A stretch of DNA of 63,301 nucleotides, filler included, from Octopus bimaculoides (taxonomy: Eukaryota), in the NCBI RefSeq assembly GCF_001194135.2. It is 5 parts of 5 records of this genome, joined end to end, with 100 filler letters (N's around TTAATTAATTAA, not from the genome) between each part and the next. Parts side by side here need not be neighbours in the genome. Positions count along the whole stretch, not along the records: positions 1 to 25,263 come from NC_068996.1; 4 more parts are not named here. One strand, 5' to 3'. Shown here piece by piece: positions 12,700 through 25,363 of this stretch (position 1 is the first letter of the stretch; the number at the start of each line of letters is the position of its first letter). A model generated the notes under the pieces. It had not been told where the DNA came from, did no database searches, and worked only from the letters and a program-made list of their open reading frames with translations. Both the position numbers and the translations under genes were made by a program.

Positions 12700-14370
12700 C
12701 AGATTGGGTTTAAATAAAAAAAGAAGTAAAGTAAAACAAACACACATGTCTACAAACAATCGAAATAGAATGTCAAAATACAAAAATAAATTAAACATCT
12801 GAGGGGAGAATTTTCGATTGTTGACAAGCTTCCAAAGGGACTGAAGGTTAAAAGCAAGACAAGTTAAAAGAAAGTATAAAATAACATATGAACAAAGTAT
12901 GTGTACCATCAGACCTTGAAATAATGCATGTATCTCTGTTCGAGCACAAAGACTTAGAAGATATGGAAAGAGAAGCAACTTCCATAAACAGAAGATTTTC
13001 CAAATAGATGCGAATAAATTTTATGGAGAAATGAAGAAACAAGTAGAAATAAAGAATTCACCCAATATGAATGAAGTTGAGGAATTTTGGTGGAACATCA
13101 GAATAACCCAAAAGAATATAACGAGGATGTAGTTTGGATCAACAGGGAAAATAAAAGGATGAAAAATGTGCTGCAACATCAATAGAGGACGGTAAATGTG
13201 ACAGCATTGTGGCACGCCCTTAGCAAAACAAGGAGATGAAATTCACCAGGAATAGTTTAAATTCCAAATTATTGATTAAAAACTCTTATAGTCATTGCAC
13301 AAGGCTATCGTTAATGAATGAATGAATTGACACGAACCCCAAGAAAGATATAACGCGGCCCCTGCCGAAAACACCAGAAACAACAGCATGCACAACAGAA
13401 ACCACAGCATGAACAAAAATAAACGAAAAACAAAACCCACTCCACGACTTAAAAAAATTCTGTAACATAGTAACGTAAAATCCAACTTGATCAACAAAAT
13501 AATACAAGAAAATTGTAGTCAAAGAACTTAAGTGTTGCTGCATGGATTGATTAGCGGAAACCTTTCTATAACGTTTTCTTTAATATACATGATCTCTCCA
13601 GTAATTTCTTTATTCGACATGGTATGATAAAATGGACATCATCACAAACACAGTAACAGAATTATACAATGAAACATAATCAAAATAAACTAGAATTTTC
13701 CAAATTGATGCGATTCTCTTCGCCCTCTCTTGTTCTACACGATATTCATCCTACTTTCTATGAACTGAATAACTCAGGATATAGATACGTATTAACACGA
13801 GACAACAACAACAAAACCAAACCCTTAATCTTTATGAGTAATCTGAGATTATTTGCTAAGAATGATCAGACGTCAAGTCTGAAGAACTTTTTAACTGGGG
13901 TAAAGCAGTTTAGCAACGATACAGGAAGGGGATTTGGACTAAGTGTGCAAAAGCAACTTCCAAGAAGGGAAATCTCATCACATCATCCTTAAGCTAGACA
14001 CTACTATACAAAAACTTAACTTACACTATACAAAAACTGGATTTTGAGCGCGCTTATGTATATCTAGGTATAAATGATATCAAAGGAATACAATATACTC
14101 AAACGAAGGCAAAGGTACAAAAAGAGTTTTACAGAAGAGTAAGGCTGATCATGAAAGCTAAAGTCATTTCCAAAAACATTTAAAGGCAATCAATACCTAA
14201 GCTGTTGGTTGAAATGTCTTCAACTGGAACCTATCTGACCATCAAAGAATGGATGAACGCACACGAAAACATCCTACCACCAGCAAAATAAAATACGCCA
14301 TAATTAGGCAGACATCGACCACTTCTACCTGCTGAGAAAAAAATGTGGCTGATGAAAACGAATCCAGTTT
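12700..14370 (+). mobile_element. Old, heavily decayed R4/Dong RT region
   Basis: Fragmentary motifs AQRLRRYGKR, KIFQIDANKFYGE, EVEEFWWNI, LIFMSNLRLFAKND (YMDD equivalent), AYVYLGIND, KEFYRRVRLI, KAINT. Confidence 0.75.
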
Positions 14371-14399
14371 GAATTTTCCTATAAAATTGCTACGATTGG

Positions 14400-14652
14400 C
14401 CTACGATTGTCTCCCAGCATCACTTGACAACCGATGCTGGTGTGTTTACGTCTCCGTAACTTAGCGGTTCGGCAAACGATAACGATAGAATAAGTACTAG
14501 GCTTACAAAGAAGAAGTCTTGGGGTAGATTTTCTCGAGTTAAGGCTGTGCTCCAGCAAGGCTACAGTCAAATGACTGAAACAAGTAAAAGAGTAAAGAGT
14601 AAAGAGTAAAGAGTAAAGAGTAAAGAGTAAAGAGTAAAGAGTAAAGAGTAAA
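14400..14652 (+). mobile_element. SINE family A 3' half with (GAGTAAA)n tail
   Basis: Matches 752-948; ends gactgaaacaagtaaaa followed by tandem gagtaaa. Confidence 0.9.
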
Positions 14653-14999
14653 TCACATAGCATGACAACAGGATCAAAGATAAAGAAGGAAAACTGAACA
14701 ACTATGGCGATATGAAGTGGGATATACGAAGGTTGTGTTCAATGAAGAGAATAGACATGATAGCAACGGTAATTGGTGCACTTGGAATTATCAGCACTCA
14801 ACTACCAACGTGGCTCAAAACGATTGGTACAAATGTAAAGGTAGAACACCTACAAAAATCAGCATTGCTTGGAACTGCAAGAGTTCTTTGCAAGGTTCTT
14901 GAAGCGTGACCAATAAACTAGTGTGACATTAGTCTGCTGGTTGTGGACAGCTGACACTTTCCATCATACCCAACAAAATAAGCTGTGAGTTTTCATCAC

Positions 15000-15000
<1 letters not shown>
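14653..15000 (+). mobile_element. R4/Dong subfamily C, 3' fragment
   Basis: HDNRIKDKEGKLNNYGDMKWDIRRL..VIGALGII..LQKSALLGTARVLCKVLEA*; ends gttttcatcaca followed by (TAA)n. Confidence 0.88.
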
Positions 15001-15056
<56 letters not shown>

Positions 15057-15105
15057 CTAATAATAATAATAATGATGATGATGAGGAGGAGGAGGATGAT
15101 GATGG

Positions 15106-15169
<64 letters not shown>

Positions 15170-15182
15170 GATGATGATGATA

Positions 15183-15335
15183 AAGCACTACTAGGCACCG
15201 CGCACACCCTACGTAAAGCACTTTCGATACAGTGAAAACAACAACACCAACACATATCACAGTACATACCCAAGGCACACAGAGCTGCGCTCGGTAGTTC
15301 AGTGAAAGCACGTTATAAAAATAAGACTACTGAAC
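15183..15335 (+). mobile_element. R4/Dong subfamily B-like 3' end
   Basis: ALLGTAHTLRKALSIQ* plus 3' UTR ending gactactgaac; (GAT)n before and (AAC/AAT)n after. Confidence 0.88.
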
Positions 15336-15367
15336 AACAATAATAATAATAATAATAATAATAATGA

Positions 15368-15398
<31 letters not shown>

Positions 15399-15443
15399 AA
15401 GAAGAAGAAGAAGAAGAAGAAGAAGAAGAAGAAGAAGAAGAAG

Positions 15444-15486
<43 letters not shown>

Positions 15487-15519
15487 GAACATAAAGACTG
15501 GCTAAATGCGAATGTTAGT

Positions 15520-15908
15520 GCATTCTAATTTAATTAGAAAGTATTTGGTCTTGAGTTTTGGTGACAACACGTCTTCTCAAATCTAAAGAATTTTTCTAAG
15601 GATGCTTGCAGAATATAGGATGGTACATTTCTGCAAGTCGACACCGGCAGTTTCAATTCCAATTTTTTTCGTTCTTTCAGGTAACATTTTTGGTCTGGTG
15701 CCGAGTGCATCAGTTACTACAGAATAACTGCTATCTTGGTCTTTCAGAATCTTCTCTGCTTTCTGGTTAGATCCTGGTACTTCTCAATATTTTTTCCATT
15801 TCTTTGGTATCGACTCAACTATTATAGAGAATAACAAAGTCTATGGTCTTGCACTGTTTATTTTGTCTTCTATAAACAAGTCTAGTCTTCTTTCCAGAAT
15901 ATTATGGT
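15520..15908 (-). mobile_element. Decayed R4/Dong-like RLE 3' fragment (distinct subfamily)
   Basis: Minus strand gives DHNILERRLDL.., EKYQDL.., DALGTRPK.., DLQKCTILYSASILRKIL*. Confidence 0.7.
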
Positions 15909-15916
15909 CAATCTAA

Positions 15917-16125
15917 ATGCAGTGAGCTAGTAGAACCGTGAACACGCCAAGTAAAATGCTTAGCGGCATTTCGTCCGTCTATACATTCTGATTTCAAATT
16001 CCGCACAAGACGACTTTGCCTTTCGTCCTTTGAAGGTCGATAAAATAAGTACCAGTCAAGCACCGGGATCGATGTTATCAACTTATCCCTACCCCTAAAA
16101 CTTGCTGGCCTTGTCTCAGAATATG
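15917..16125 (+). mobile_element. SINE family B (diverged)
   Basis: gtgagctagtagaaccgtgaacacgcc..aaatgcttagcggcatttcg..gactttgcctttcgtcc..ataagtaccag. Confidence 0.85.
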
Positions 16126-16370
16126 ACAACAAATCGTATGACAACCAATCGTATGATCAGCCTCTCGTTCGTGTTCATGGCATTTTTCTGTTGCTTTGAA
16201 GACACATACTTGACTAAGATCCCAATGCACTCTTTTTTCCTATAAAGCCATACTTGCGCTTGTATTCTTTTAGGCTAGAAAACTACACTCAAAATGTAAT
16301 TGATACTGTCGCCTAATTTCCAGGAGATTTTACATTTGCTGTTTGATCTTTGCCTTTATCAAATCATCAC

Positions 16371-16452
<82 letters not shown>

Positions 16453-16458
16453 GTTATT

Positions 16459-17025
16459 GTTCAGTAGTTTTATTTTTATAACGTGCTTTCACTTCACTAC
16501 CGAGCGCAGCTCTGTGCGCCTTGGGTATGTGCTGTGGTTTGCTGTGGTGCTCTTATGGTTACTGTATTGAAAGTGATTTGCGTAAGATGTGTGCAGTCCC
16601 CAGTAGTGCAATTTTCTGTATGTTATATATATTTGTAAGTCCTGGTGTTTTTGTTACGTATTTGTCTGAATAACTTTTTATTATATATAAAGCACTTACT
16701 ATGATGGGAATTGTTTCTGTTTTTAGATTCCACATTCGAATTACCTCTATTTCCAGGTCTTTGTATTTTGAAAGTTTCTCCATTTCTTTTAGGGAAACTT
16801 TGTCATCTGTTGGTATTGATACATCAATTAGAAAGCATTTTTTTCCTTCATGATCTTTGACAAGTATATCTGTTCTATTGGCCTTAATTTCTCTATCTGT
16901 GTGTATTGGCATATCCCAGAGTATGGTTGCTTTCTCGTTTTCTGTGACCTTTTCTGGCGTTTGTTTATACCATCTTTTTTCTGTTGTTATTCCATAGTGT
17001 TGGCATAGCTTCCAGTGTATATAGG
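16459..17025 (-). mobile_element. R4/Dong subfamily B, 3' fragment
   Basis: ORF 16559-16912 (MPIHTDREIKANRTDIL..LRKSLSIQ) and complete 3' UTR; (ATT)n on + directly beyond the 3' end. Confidence 0.92.
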
Positions 17026-17501
17026 NNNNNNNNNNNNNNNNNNNNNNNNNNNNNNNNNNNNNNNNNNNNNNNNNNNNNNNNNNNNNNNNNNNNNNNNNNN
17101 NNNNNNNNNNNNNNNNNNNNNNNNNNNNNNNNNNNNNNNNNNNNNNNNNNNNNNNNNNNNNNNNNNNNNNNNNNNNNNNNNNNNNNNNNNNNNNNNNNNN
17201 NNNNNNNNNNNNNNNNNNNNNNNNNNNNNNNNNNNNNNNNNNNNNNNNNNNNNNNNNNNNNNNNNNNNNNNNNNNNNNNNNNNNNNNNNNNNNNNNNNNN
17301 NNNNNNNNNNNNNNNNNNNNNNNNNNNNNNNNNNNNNNNNNNNNNNNNNNNNNNNNNNNNNNNNNNNNNNNNNNNNNNNNNNNNNNNNNNNNNNNNNNNN
17401 NNNNNNNNNNNNNNNNNNNNNCTTCTTCTTCTTCTTCTTCTCCTCCTGCTGCTCCTCCTGCTGCTCCTCCTATCCTCCCTCTCCCCTCCTCCTCCTCCTT
17501 A

Positions 17502-17559
<58 letters not shown>

Positions 17560-17575
17560 TATTATTATTATTATT

Positions 17576-18580
17576 TACTTTTAATCTGCATGTTTGTTAC
17601 AATCACTTGCCGAGACGCACCCAGCATCCTAGGGTGAGTGAAGGATAAGAAATGTTGTAGTATGACTGAAAGCTTGGAGATTGGAAGTGGCAGGATCAGT
17701 AATGAAATATCTTCGTGTAATACAACACAATCATTGAAATGGGTCAGTACTTGTCAGTATAATCTTTTGGATGTCTCTGAGACATGGTTCCCCTAGGATA
17801 TTATCTAGAAGTTTCTGACATCCCTTTCTTATCATACCTAGGGAACCCACGACAACAGGAGCATTTCTTGCTTTAAGATCTTTATATTTACGTAATTTGT
17901 CAAATTCCTTTACAGATATATTTTTATCAGTGGGAACACTGACATCTATTTAGTCTACAAGTATTTTTTCCCCTTCTCTTTAATAATCATGTCTGGTCGA
18001 TTAGCCTGAATTGTTCTGTCGGTGTTGACTGGAAAATCCCAGAGGATAACGACATTTTTACCTTCAACAACTGGCTCAGGATGTTGTTCATACCAGTAAG
18101 TAGGACTTCTGATTATGTAGTGTTTACATATTTTCCGATGTAAATACTGTCGTACTACACCGTGGCGATTTCTGTATTCTTTTGGTGTCAACACAGGGCA
18201 TCCCAAGTCAACATGGTCTATTGTTTCATCAAATTTATCGCAGAATCTGCATTTAAGGTCAGGGCTGTTTTGAAGAACTTTAGCCTGATTGTTTTTGGTA
18301 AGCAAGCTTTGATATTGTGCAGTTAATAATAAACGTTCAGTCTCTGCTTGCTGTCCTGAGGTTCTCAGCCACTGACGTGTTGTTGCTTGGTCTACATCAG
18401 CATTTCAGCTTCGAAGTATATGCAGTCTATGCTGACGCTTCTGGCTCCACCGCTCCTCAATTTGTTTCTGCCCGTTCTTTTTTTTGCAGTGTGCTTGATA
18501 CGCTTTGGTTGTTTGGTGGCAGTGATTTCAGGTTCTTTATCTAATTCAAGGTTGATGCTGTGTTCCCTTGCGAATTGTTA
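17576..18580 (-). mobile_element. R4/Dong subfamily D (CCHC knuckle and RLE)
   Basis: LKCRFCDKFDETIDHVDLGCPVL..RH..ILWDFPVNTDRTIQANRPDM; upstream part collinear with 43021-43420; (ATT)n at the 3' end and (TCG/TCA)n at the 5' end. Confidence 0.9.
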
Positions 18581-18595
18581 TCGTCGTCGTCGTCG

Positions 18596-18644
<49 letters not shown>

Positions 18645-19635
18645 TATTATTGATAATGATGACGATATTTTTTATTAATTAAGTGGGAGGATGGTAGCAA
18701 TACCAAATGATTATAATGTAGTTTATAATAAATCAGAAATCTAACGAATTTCCTCCGCCTCACTGATATACTCACAAAACAAATTCTGGAATCAAAGAAA
18801 ATACCTTCATCGTATTTCTGGTTGCTACAACTGGGATAATTCACAATTATATTTCTACAAAGAATATCAACGAATTGCCTACATTGATACACACTCCAGA
18901 AAATAGCCTGGCTGGGATCTTCAAAGTATTGTTAAGCCATTTTCACCGTGCATTCAACAGTTGTAAAAAAAAGGAAACAGTTTTTCTAAAAGTATGAAAA
19001 ATAAAGATATTATTTTTCTAATATTTAGGTCACTTATTTTGCGGGTAAAAGACACTTTATTAGATTAACCACAGTGCTTGTCTGGTATGTTATTTCTATG
19101 AACTCACAGATATATCGATGTCAAAGTCGATTAGGGCATTGGGTAGGTTTGAAATCAGAATGTAAAGAGACTTCTGAATATTTCTGCTTTAGTTTAAACT
19201 ATATATCATAATATACCGCACGTGCGCGCGCGCACGCACGCACACACACACACACACACACATGCACACACTCATTCACATACACACACACTTATCTTCT
19301 AACACATTTGAATAAAATCAAATATATTTTCCCATAAGACTAGAATATTAGGTAAAAATATTAATCGGTTTTGTTACTGAGTAAGCTGGTAGATATTTAC
19401 TTAATATTCTAATAATGAAAATAGAAATAAAATAGAGAACAAGTAGTTTTTCTTGACTAGATATAAAATACATGTAAATATAGGTGACCAACATGGAACA
19501 TGGCTTGTCAATGTCTGCTTGCTGTATAGAAACATCAGGTATGTGTCAAGGAATTAGATACAGCATATAGCAGTTAAACTGACAAATACATGTATATATA
19601 ACTTCAATACTTAGACAGTATTCGTTGATGTTTTG

Positions 19636-19673
<38 letters not shown>

Positions 19674-19938
19674 NNNNNNNNNNNNNNNNNNNNNNNNNNN
19701 NNNNNNNNNNNNNNNNNNNNNNNNNNNNNNNNNNNNNNNNNNNNNNNNNNNNNNNNNNNNNNNNNNNNNNNNNNNNNNNNNNNNNNNNNNNNNNNNNNNN
19801 NNNNNNNNNNNNNNNNNNNNNNNNNNNNNNNNNNNNNNNNNNNNNNNNNNNNNNNNNNNNNNNNNNNNNNNNNNNNNNNNNNNNNNNNNNNNNNNNNNNN
19901 NNNNNNNNNNNNNNNNNNNNNNNNNNNNNNNNNNNNNN

Positions 19939-19977
<39 letters not shown>

Positions 19978-21646
19978 GTATGTATATATAACACACACGC
20001 ACGCACGTGTGTGTATGCTGGAGTGTTTGTGCGTTGTATTTGTGTTTGTGCGTTGTATTTGTGTTTGTGTCTGTGTGTCAATGAACATGGACACCTCTAA
20101 AAGATAAATAACAAAAATACAATATATATGTATATAAAAAAAACACCCATAATTGACAAACTGTCAAAAACCCTACACAGACAATAAAAAAAAAGGAAGC
20201 AGAAACTTTGAAACTAACATTGCGAAAGTTGTCGCAATTTGTAGATGTTGAACAGATAGTTTGGTCGTGCACTTTGACATGTGAGACCAGTAGACTGGAC
20301 AGATATTATCTTTAGACATCGACTGAATAGACATAAGCAGCAATTATTGACTGTGTAATGCTCATTATAGACATAAATTACTATAGTAAGAGTTGTTGTT
20401 TTTGTTAGTTTCATGCCAACCATTATTAATAACATGATCAAAGTTGTTCCCGTGGTGACGTCTAGTATTTGCTTTCCGAATATCTAGGGTCACAACATTA
20501 TCGAACGTGTGCGCACTTTTTGAAAAAACGGTAAGGTTTGACTTGAAAAGGACCTGGCTTCTGTTTGGAGAATGTCGAGCGACCATGTGGGTGCTACTTT
20601 CTATTGGCACATAGACACGACATATAAATGTTGCTAACCGACAATGACACAAGAAAAAAATCAATGTCTACGGTGAAATGTGCAAAGATTCAAATTAAAT
20701 GCGTTGTGTTGTTGGGTAAGAGTTTAATGGATTACCATTATACATGCACATAAGTGATACTTATTTTGTGACGAGGTGAAATCCTCGTTCATTTTCGCTT
20801 TCGTGTCACAATATACATCGGTCGTTAGTGCCAATTTACTTTCTACGAAATGTGGTCGGAGACAATGAACGTTTTTTTCTCAACAACAAGAACAACAGCA
20901 AGAACTAAATGACCTGAAAACAACCCTTACATCAATAATATCTAGTTACTTATGAAGATAGGGACCAGAGGGAGGTAGACTTCTTTTAAAATAATCAAGA
21001 GAACTAGAAGAAAAAAAAACACAAAGTAATTCTTGTGCTCCTATGTTGGGTCTCTGCTGAAGAGGAATTCAGGTGCTATGAAGAGAGAACCACTCCGCAT
21101 GATGAGGGAACCAGATTCCTCCCTGAACAAAATGAAGTTCATAGCCGCACTCAGGATCAACGAAGATATAACATAAATACCAGTTAATTCCAAAGTATTG
21201 CAGCACGGAATCGGAGGGGAATGGGATCGCATTCCAAACTGCATAAAAGGGAAGAATATTAGTACAAGTTTCGGTCAGACATTACGAAATGCTCTACGTC
21301 AACGAACTACAGAACCTGGACATCCCTTGTCCATTGTAATTCAGGAACTGCAGAAGGATTGTAATTCATGAGCAATGAATGATACAGGAAATAAGTAGAG
21401 CGGCTGCATAATCAGGAAGGCTTGTGCTGATTAACGCAAGTTGACATCTAAATTTTACATAGATATTTTGCTTTAGTCATTGTGCATCATAACAATTCTT
21501 ATATTAAATGCGTGTAATTGTTTTTCTTTTTGAATTTTATTTCATTCCATTATACTTTGTATGGCATCCTTTATCCAACATATCAATAGTTTGCTCCATC
21601 GTACGGGTCTTTCTTGAACTCTGCTTTCAATATTGTTTGTAATACA

Positions 21647-21859
21647 AAACAGCGAGCGGGCAAAGTCGTTAGAGCGCTGGGCGAAATGCTTAGCGGTATT
21701 TCACCCGTCGCTACGTTCTGAGTTCAAATTCCGCTGAGGTCGACTTGGTCTTTCATCATTTCATGGTCGATAAATTAAGTACCAGTTGCACACTGGGATA
21801 GGTCTAATCGACTGGCCCTCTCCACCCAAATTTTGGGCCTTGTGCCTAGAATAGAAAAG
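21647..21859 (+). mobile_element. SINE family B with 18-bp target-site duplication
   Basis: AATATTGTTTGTAATACA at 21629-21646 and 21860-21877 flanks a family B body. Confidence 0.9.
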
Positions 21860-22039
21860 AATATTGTTTGTAATACATAGTAATTCTTCGTGCACTTGTA
21901 GAAAATAACAGTAGCAGCAACAGCAGTAGTAGTAGTAATGGTAAAAATGATAATAATATTTTCTATTACGGGTACAAAGACTGATATTTGGGGTAGAAGA
22001 ATAGTCGCGTTCATCCATCCCAGTGATTAACTGATACTT

Positions 22040-22175
22040 TCCGTCAAGGTCGACTTTACCTTTCATCCTCTCGGGGTCGATAAATTAAGTATTAGTGAAA
22101 CACTGGGGCCGATGTAATCGACTCACTACTCCCCCAAAATGGCTACCCTTGTGGCAAAGTCTGAAACCATTACTA
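22040..22175 (+). mobile_element. SINE family B, 5'-truncated
   Basis: aaggtcgactttacctttcatcctctcggggtcgataaattaagt..gatgtaatcgact. Confidence 0.85.
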
Positions 22176-23350
22176 TTGATGAAATAAAGTACCATGTCCG
22201 TTCTTTGCTACAGAAACCCTGCAGCTCCAAAAAGTTTGCTAACTTGAATAGGGGTGCCAAGATCTCTTCGGAGATGTAGGAATCTGCTACATGATCAGCG
22301 TTTTTAATCGTGTACATTCATTCCCCCTCCTCCTCCNNNNNNNNNNNNNNNNNNNNNNNNNNNNNNNNNNNNNNNNNNNNNNNNNNNNNNNNNNNNNNNN
22401 NNNNNNNNNNNNNNNNNNNNNNNNNNNNNNNNNNNNNNNNNNNNNNNNNNNNNNNNNNNNNNNNNNNNNNNNNCCTCCTCCTCCTCCTCCTCCTCCTCCT
22501 CGCAATCTGAGTAATGTTAGAAGTCATTGTTCTTTTATTCCTTTTTATATATTTTGCATTCCTTTCTATAAAGTATACTGTGTTATTAGTTACTGCTCTC
22601 AACATAGAACAATACATGTACGCACATATTCAAACGCAGTAATATACACGCGTGTACACTACTCATTTAACGGGCTTGAAGTCGATTAATCAGAACACAT
22701 ATAGCAAGTGAATAGTGGAATGCAATACAATGATTTTAAAAACGTCTATTATCTGAGATTATCTTCGAAATTACTGACCAAAAGCTCCTTCTATGGGTAT
22801 ATAGAATGTGAAAGTCATAAAGAAAAGGCAAGGGGAATAACTCCCATAATATCACCCATTTGAAACTTACGAAAAATATACTAAGCATTAAGACAAACAA
22901 TGCGTATATTCAGTTTTGTTAGATATAATATTATCTGAAGGCTGGAAATATGTAATTGGAAGAAATTACAAGATTTAGAAGAACGTCATGGTTATAGAAA
23001 TACATCAATGTTTTATTGCTGCTTTGTTAATCGTAAACCTGAGCTATTTGATAATAGACGCGTACATACACGCACGCACACACTGCGATCTTCACCTGAT
23101 GATCGCAGTGACGTGAAACTCAAGCTGCGAGACAGACTCTCAGATTCATTCTTATGAAAAAAACAAACAACAACAAAAAACCCCATATCTTCTACAACTT
23201 GTTTTGAGCACTTCTCATTCGTTCGACATTAAATAACGTGTAAATAAACGACACCTACTATTCATTGGTGAGGTTGCCCGATCAGCAATGAACGGAGGAA
23301 CAAAATGATCAAGGAACAGACGAACATTGATATCCTGCAAAATCATACAT

Positions 23351-23433
<83 letters not shown>

Positions 23434-23609
23434 AACACACACACACACACATACACATACACGCACAAACACACATACACGCACAAACACACATACACAC
23501 TCACTTATGGAAATACATATACCATATATATGTATATATAAATATATATGTATACATATATATAAACATATATATATACACATACATACGTATATATACA
23601 TACGTATAT

Positions 23610-23661
23610 ATGATGAAGGAAATTGATTATTATCAATCATGATCCAGAAACGCGTCTACTG
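23610..23661 (+). ncRNA. Degenerate type I hammerhead-ribozyme motif
   Basis: (a)TGATGA-a-gga..attgat/atcaat..tcc-a-GAAA-CGCG-TC; C3 and the 5' strand of stem I are replaced by the adjacent microsatellite. Confidence 0.5.
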
Positions 23662-23830
23662 TTAAACATCGGAATTGGTTAGTTTTCATTGTTTTTTCTT
23701 CTTGTTTTTGCCTTTGTGAGTTACAAGTGATGCTATCTGTGGGATTCTCAGCTTTTTTAGCTGCTATTTCTGAACTTCGGTATATGGTGAAGCAAATATT
23801 TGCTGATCCCTTAATTATATTTATAAATAC

Positions 23831-23869
<39 letters not shown>

Positions 23870-24691
23870 TATATGTCAATATATGCATGTGTGTGTATGT
23901 GTATGTATGTGTCCGTATGCGTATGTATATGTACGTATGTATTGTATGCCTGCATGTTTGTATGTATATGTATGTGTGTGTTCATGCATGTATGTATGTA
24001 TAAAATATTACGTTTTTAATCGGGTCTGCTTTTTTATGAAGATTGTAATGTGTGATTTGAAAGTTGTTTGCTTGCTGTTGTTAACATTAGACCATGAATT
24101 TTTAACGAATTGTCTATCCGTTTCCACAATGCGTATTCAGTTTTATTATCAAGTGAACTACCCACTGGCTGAATTAACGTGTAAAGTAGCTGCTAATTTC
24201 ACGACATACTGTACCCACTTTATTTAATTTTCGAGAAGTATCGGTTTGTCAGAAAATATCACAAGGCAGCATCTTCGAATTACAAATACAATTCATTTTA
24301 CAAGTTCCCGTATTGGTTCCTTCTATAGAGCTTCACTTACATGATCTTGGCCAAAATAAGGATATCGCAAAAGACATATTGTCAAAGGTGTCATTTAGTG
24401 CGATCATATCCGGGACTTCTCTAATTATCAACCACTACGGTATGCTGCTCTTACTAATCGTTCGCCCCTTTAGAAATCAGTATTACAAAAAAGAAAAAAA
24501 AAAAAATAGGAAACTGAGAAACTTAGATCTTTTATTGAAGGTGTAGCATCATTGCCTTCAGTAATTGAAATCTGTCCCATGAGTTTGAAGTTACGTACCT
24601 CAGTTAATATATATTAACCAAGAACTATTCACCTTCCTTATCCATATATCTTTAAACCCCAAACAGGGAAAATTTTATAGGAGAGCGGGTC

Positions 24692-25263
24692 AATAATACT
24701 ATAATATTACAGATAATAATACTATAATATTACAGATAATAATTCTATAATATAACAGATAATAATTCTATAATATTACAGATAATAATTCTATAATATT
24801 ACAGATAATAATACTATAATATTAGAGATAATAATTCTATAATAATACAGATAATAATTCTATAATATTACAGATAATAATACTATAATATTACAGATAA
24901 TAATTCTATAATATTACAGATAATTCTATAATATTACAGATAATAATACTATAATATTACAGATAATTCTATAATATTACAGATAATAATTCTATAATAT
25001 TACAGATAATAATACTATAATATTACAGATAATAATACTATAATATTACAGATAATAATTCTATAATATTACAGATAATAATACTATAATATTACAGATA
25101 ATAATACAATAATATTACAGATAATAATACAATAATATTACAGATAATAATTCTATAATATTACAGATAATAATCCTATAATATTACAGATAATAATACT
25201 ATAATATTACAGATAATTCTATAATATTACAGATAATAATACTATAATATTACAGATAATAAG
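24692..25263. repeat. 23-bp minisatellite (AATAATACTATAATATTACAGAT and variants), roughly 25 units, runs into a gap
   Basis: Visible tandem units with ACT/TCT/ACA variants and occasional 20-bp units lacking one AAT. Confidence 0.95.
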
Positions 25264-25363
25264 NNNNNNNNNNNNNNNNNNNNNNNNNNNNNNNNNNNNN
25301 NNNNNNNTTAATTAATTAANNNNNNNNNNNNNNNNNNNNNNNNNNNNNNNNNNNNNNNNNNNN
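25264..25363. other. Assembly spacer (44 N, TTAATTAATTAA, 44 N); similar spacers at about 46627, 50902 and 60210
   Basis: The identical 12-mer (stop codons in all six frames) sits inside N runs at 25308, 46671, 50946 and 60254. Confidence 0.9.

Noticed and set aside
18650-22320. Very decayed RLE C-terminal-like pieces at about 18780-18940 and 22200-22290
   Set aside because: Only weak LQK-like similarity; not supportable as features.
23081-23125. CTGATGA...GAAAC inside a 10-bp hairpin (cactgcgatc/gatcgcagtg)
   Set aside because: Only a 2-bp stem II and no GUH or helix III, so it is not a hammerhead.
24692-25263. Regular repeat array that might suggest CRISPR
   Set aside because: Units are contiguous with no unique spacers, there are no cas genes, and the context is eukaryotic.
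25308-25319. Identical TTAATTAATTAA islands inside gaps (also 46671, 50946, 60254)
   Set aside because: They are centred in N runs and contain stops in all frames, so they are an artificial scaffolding spacer.
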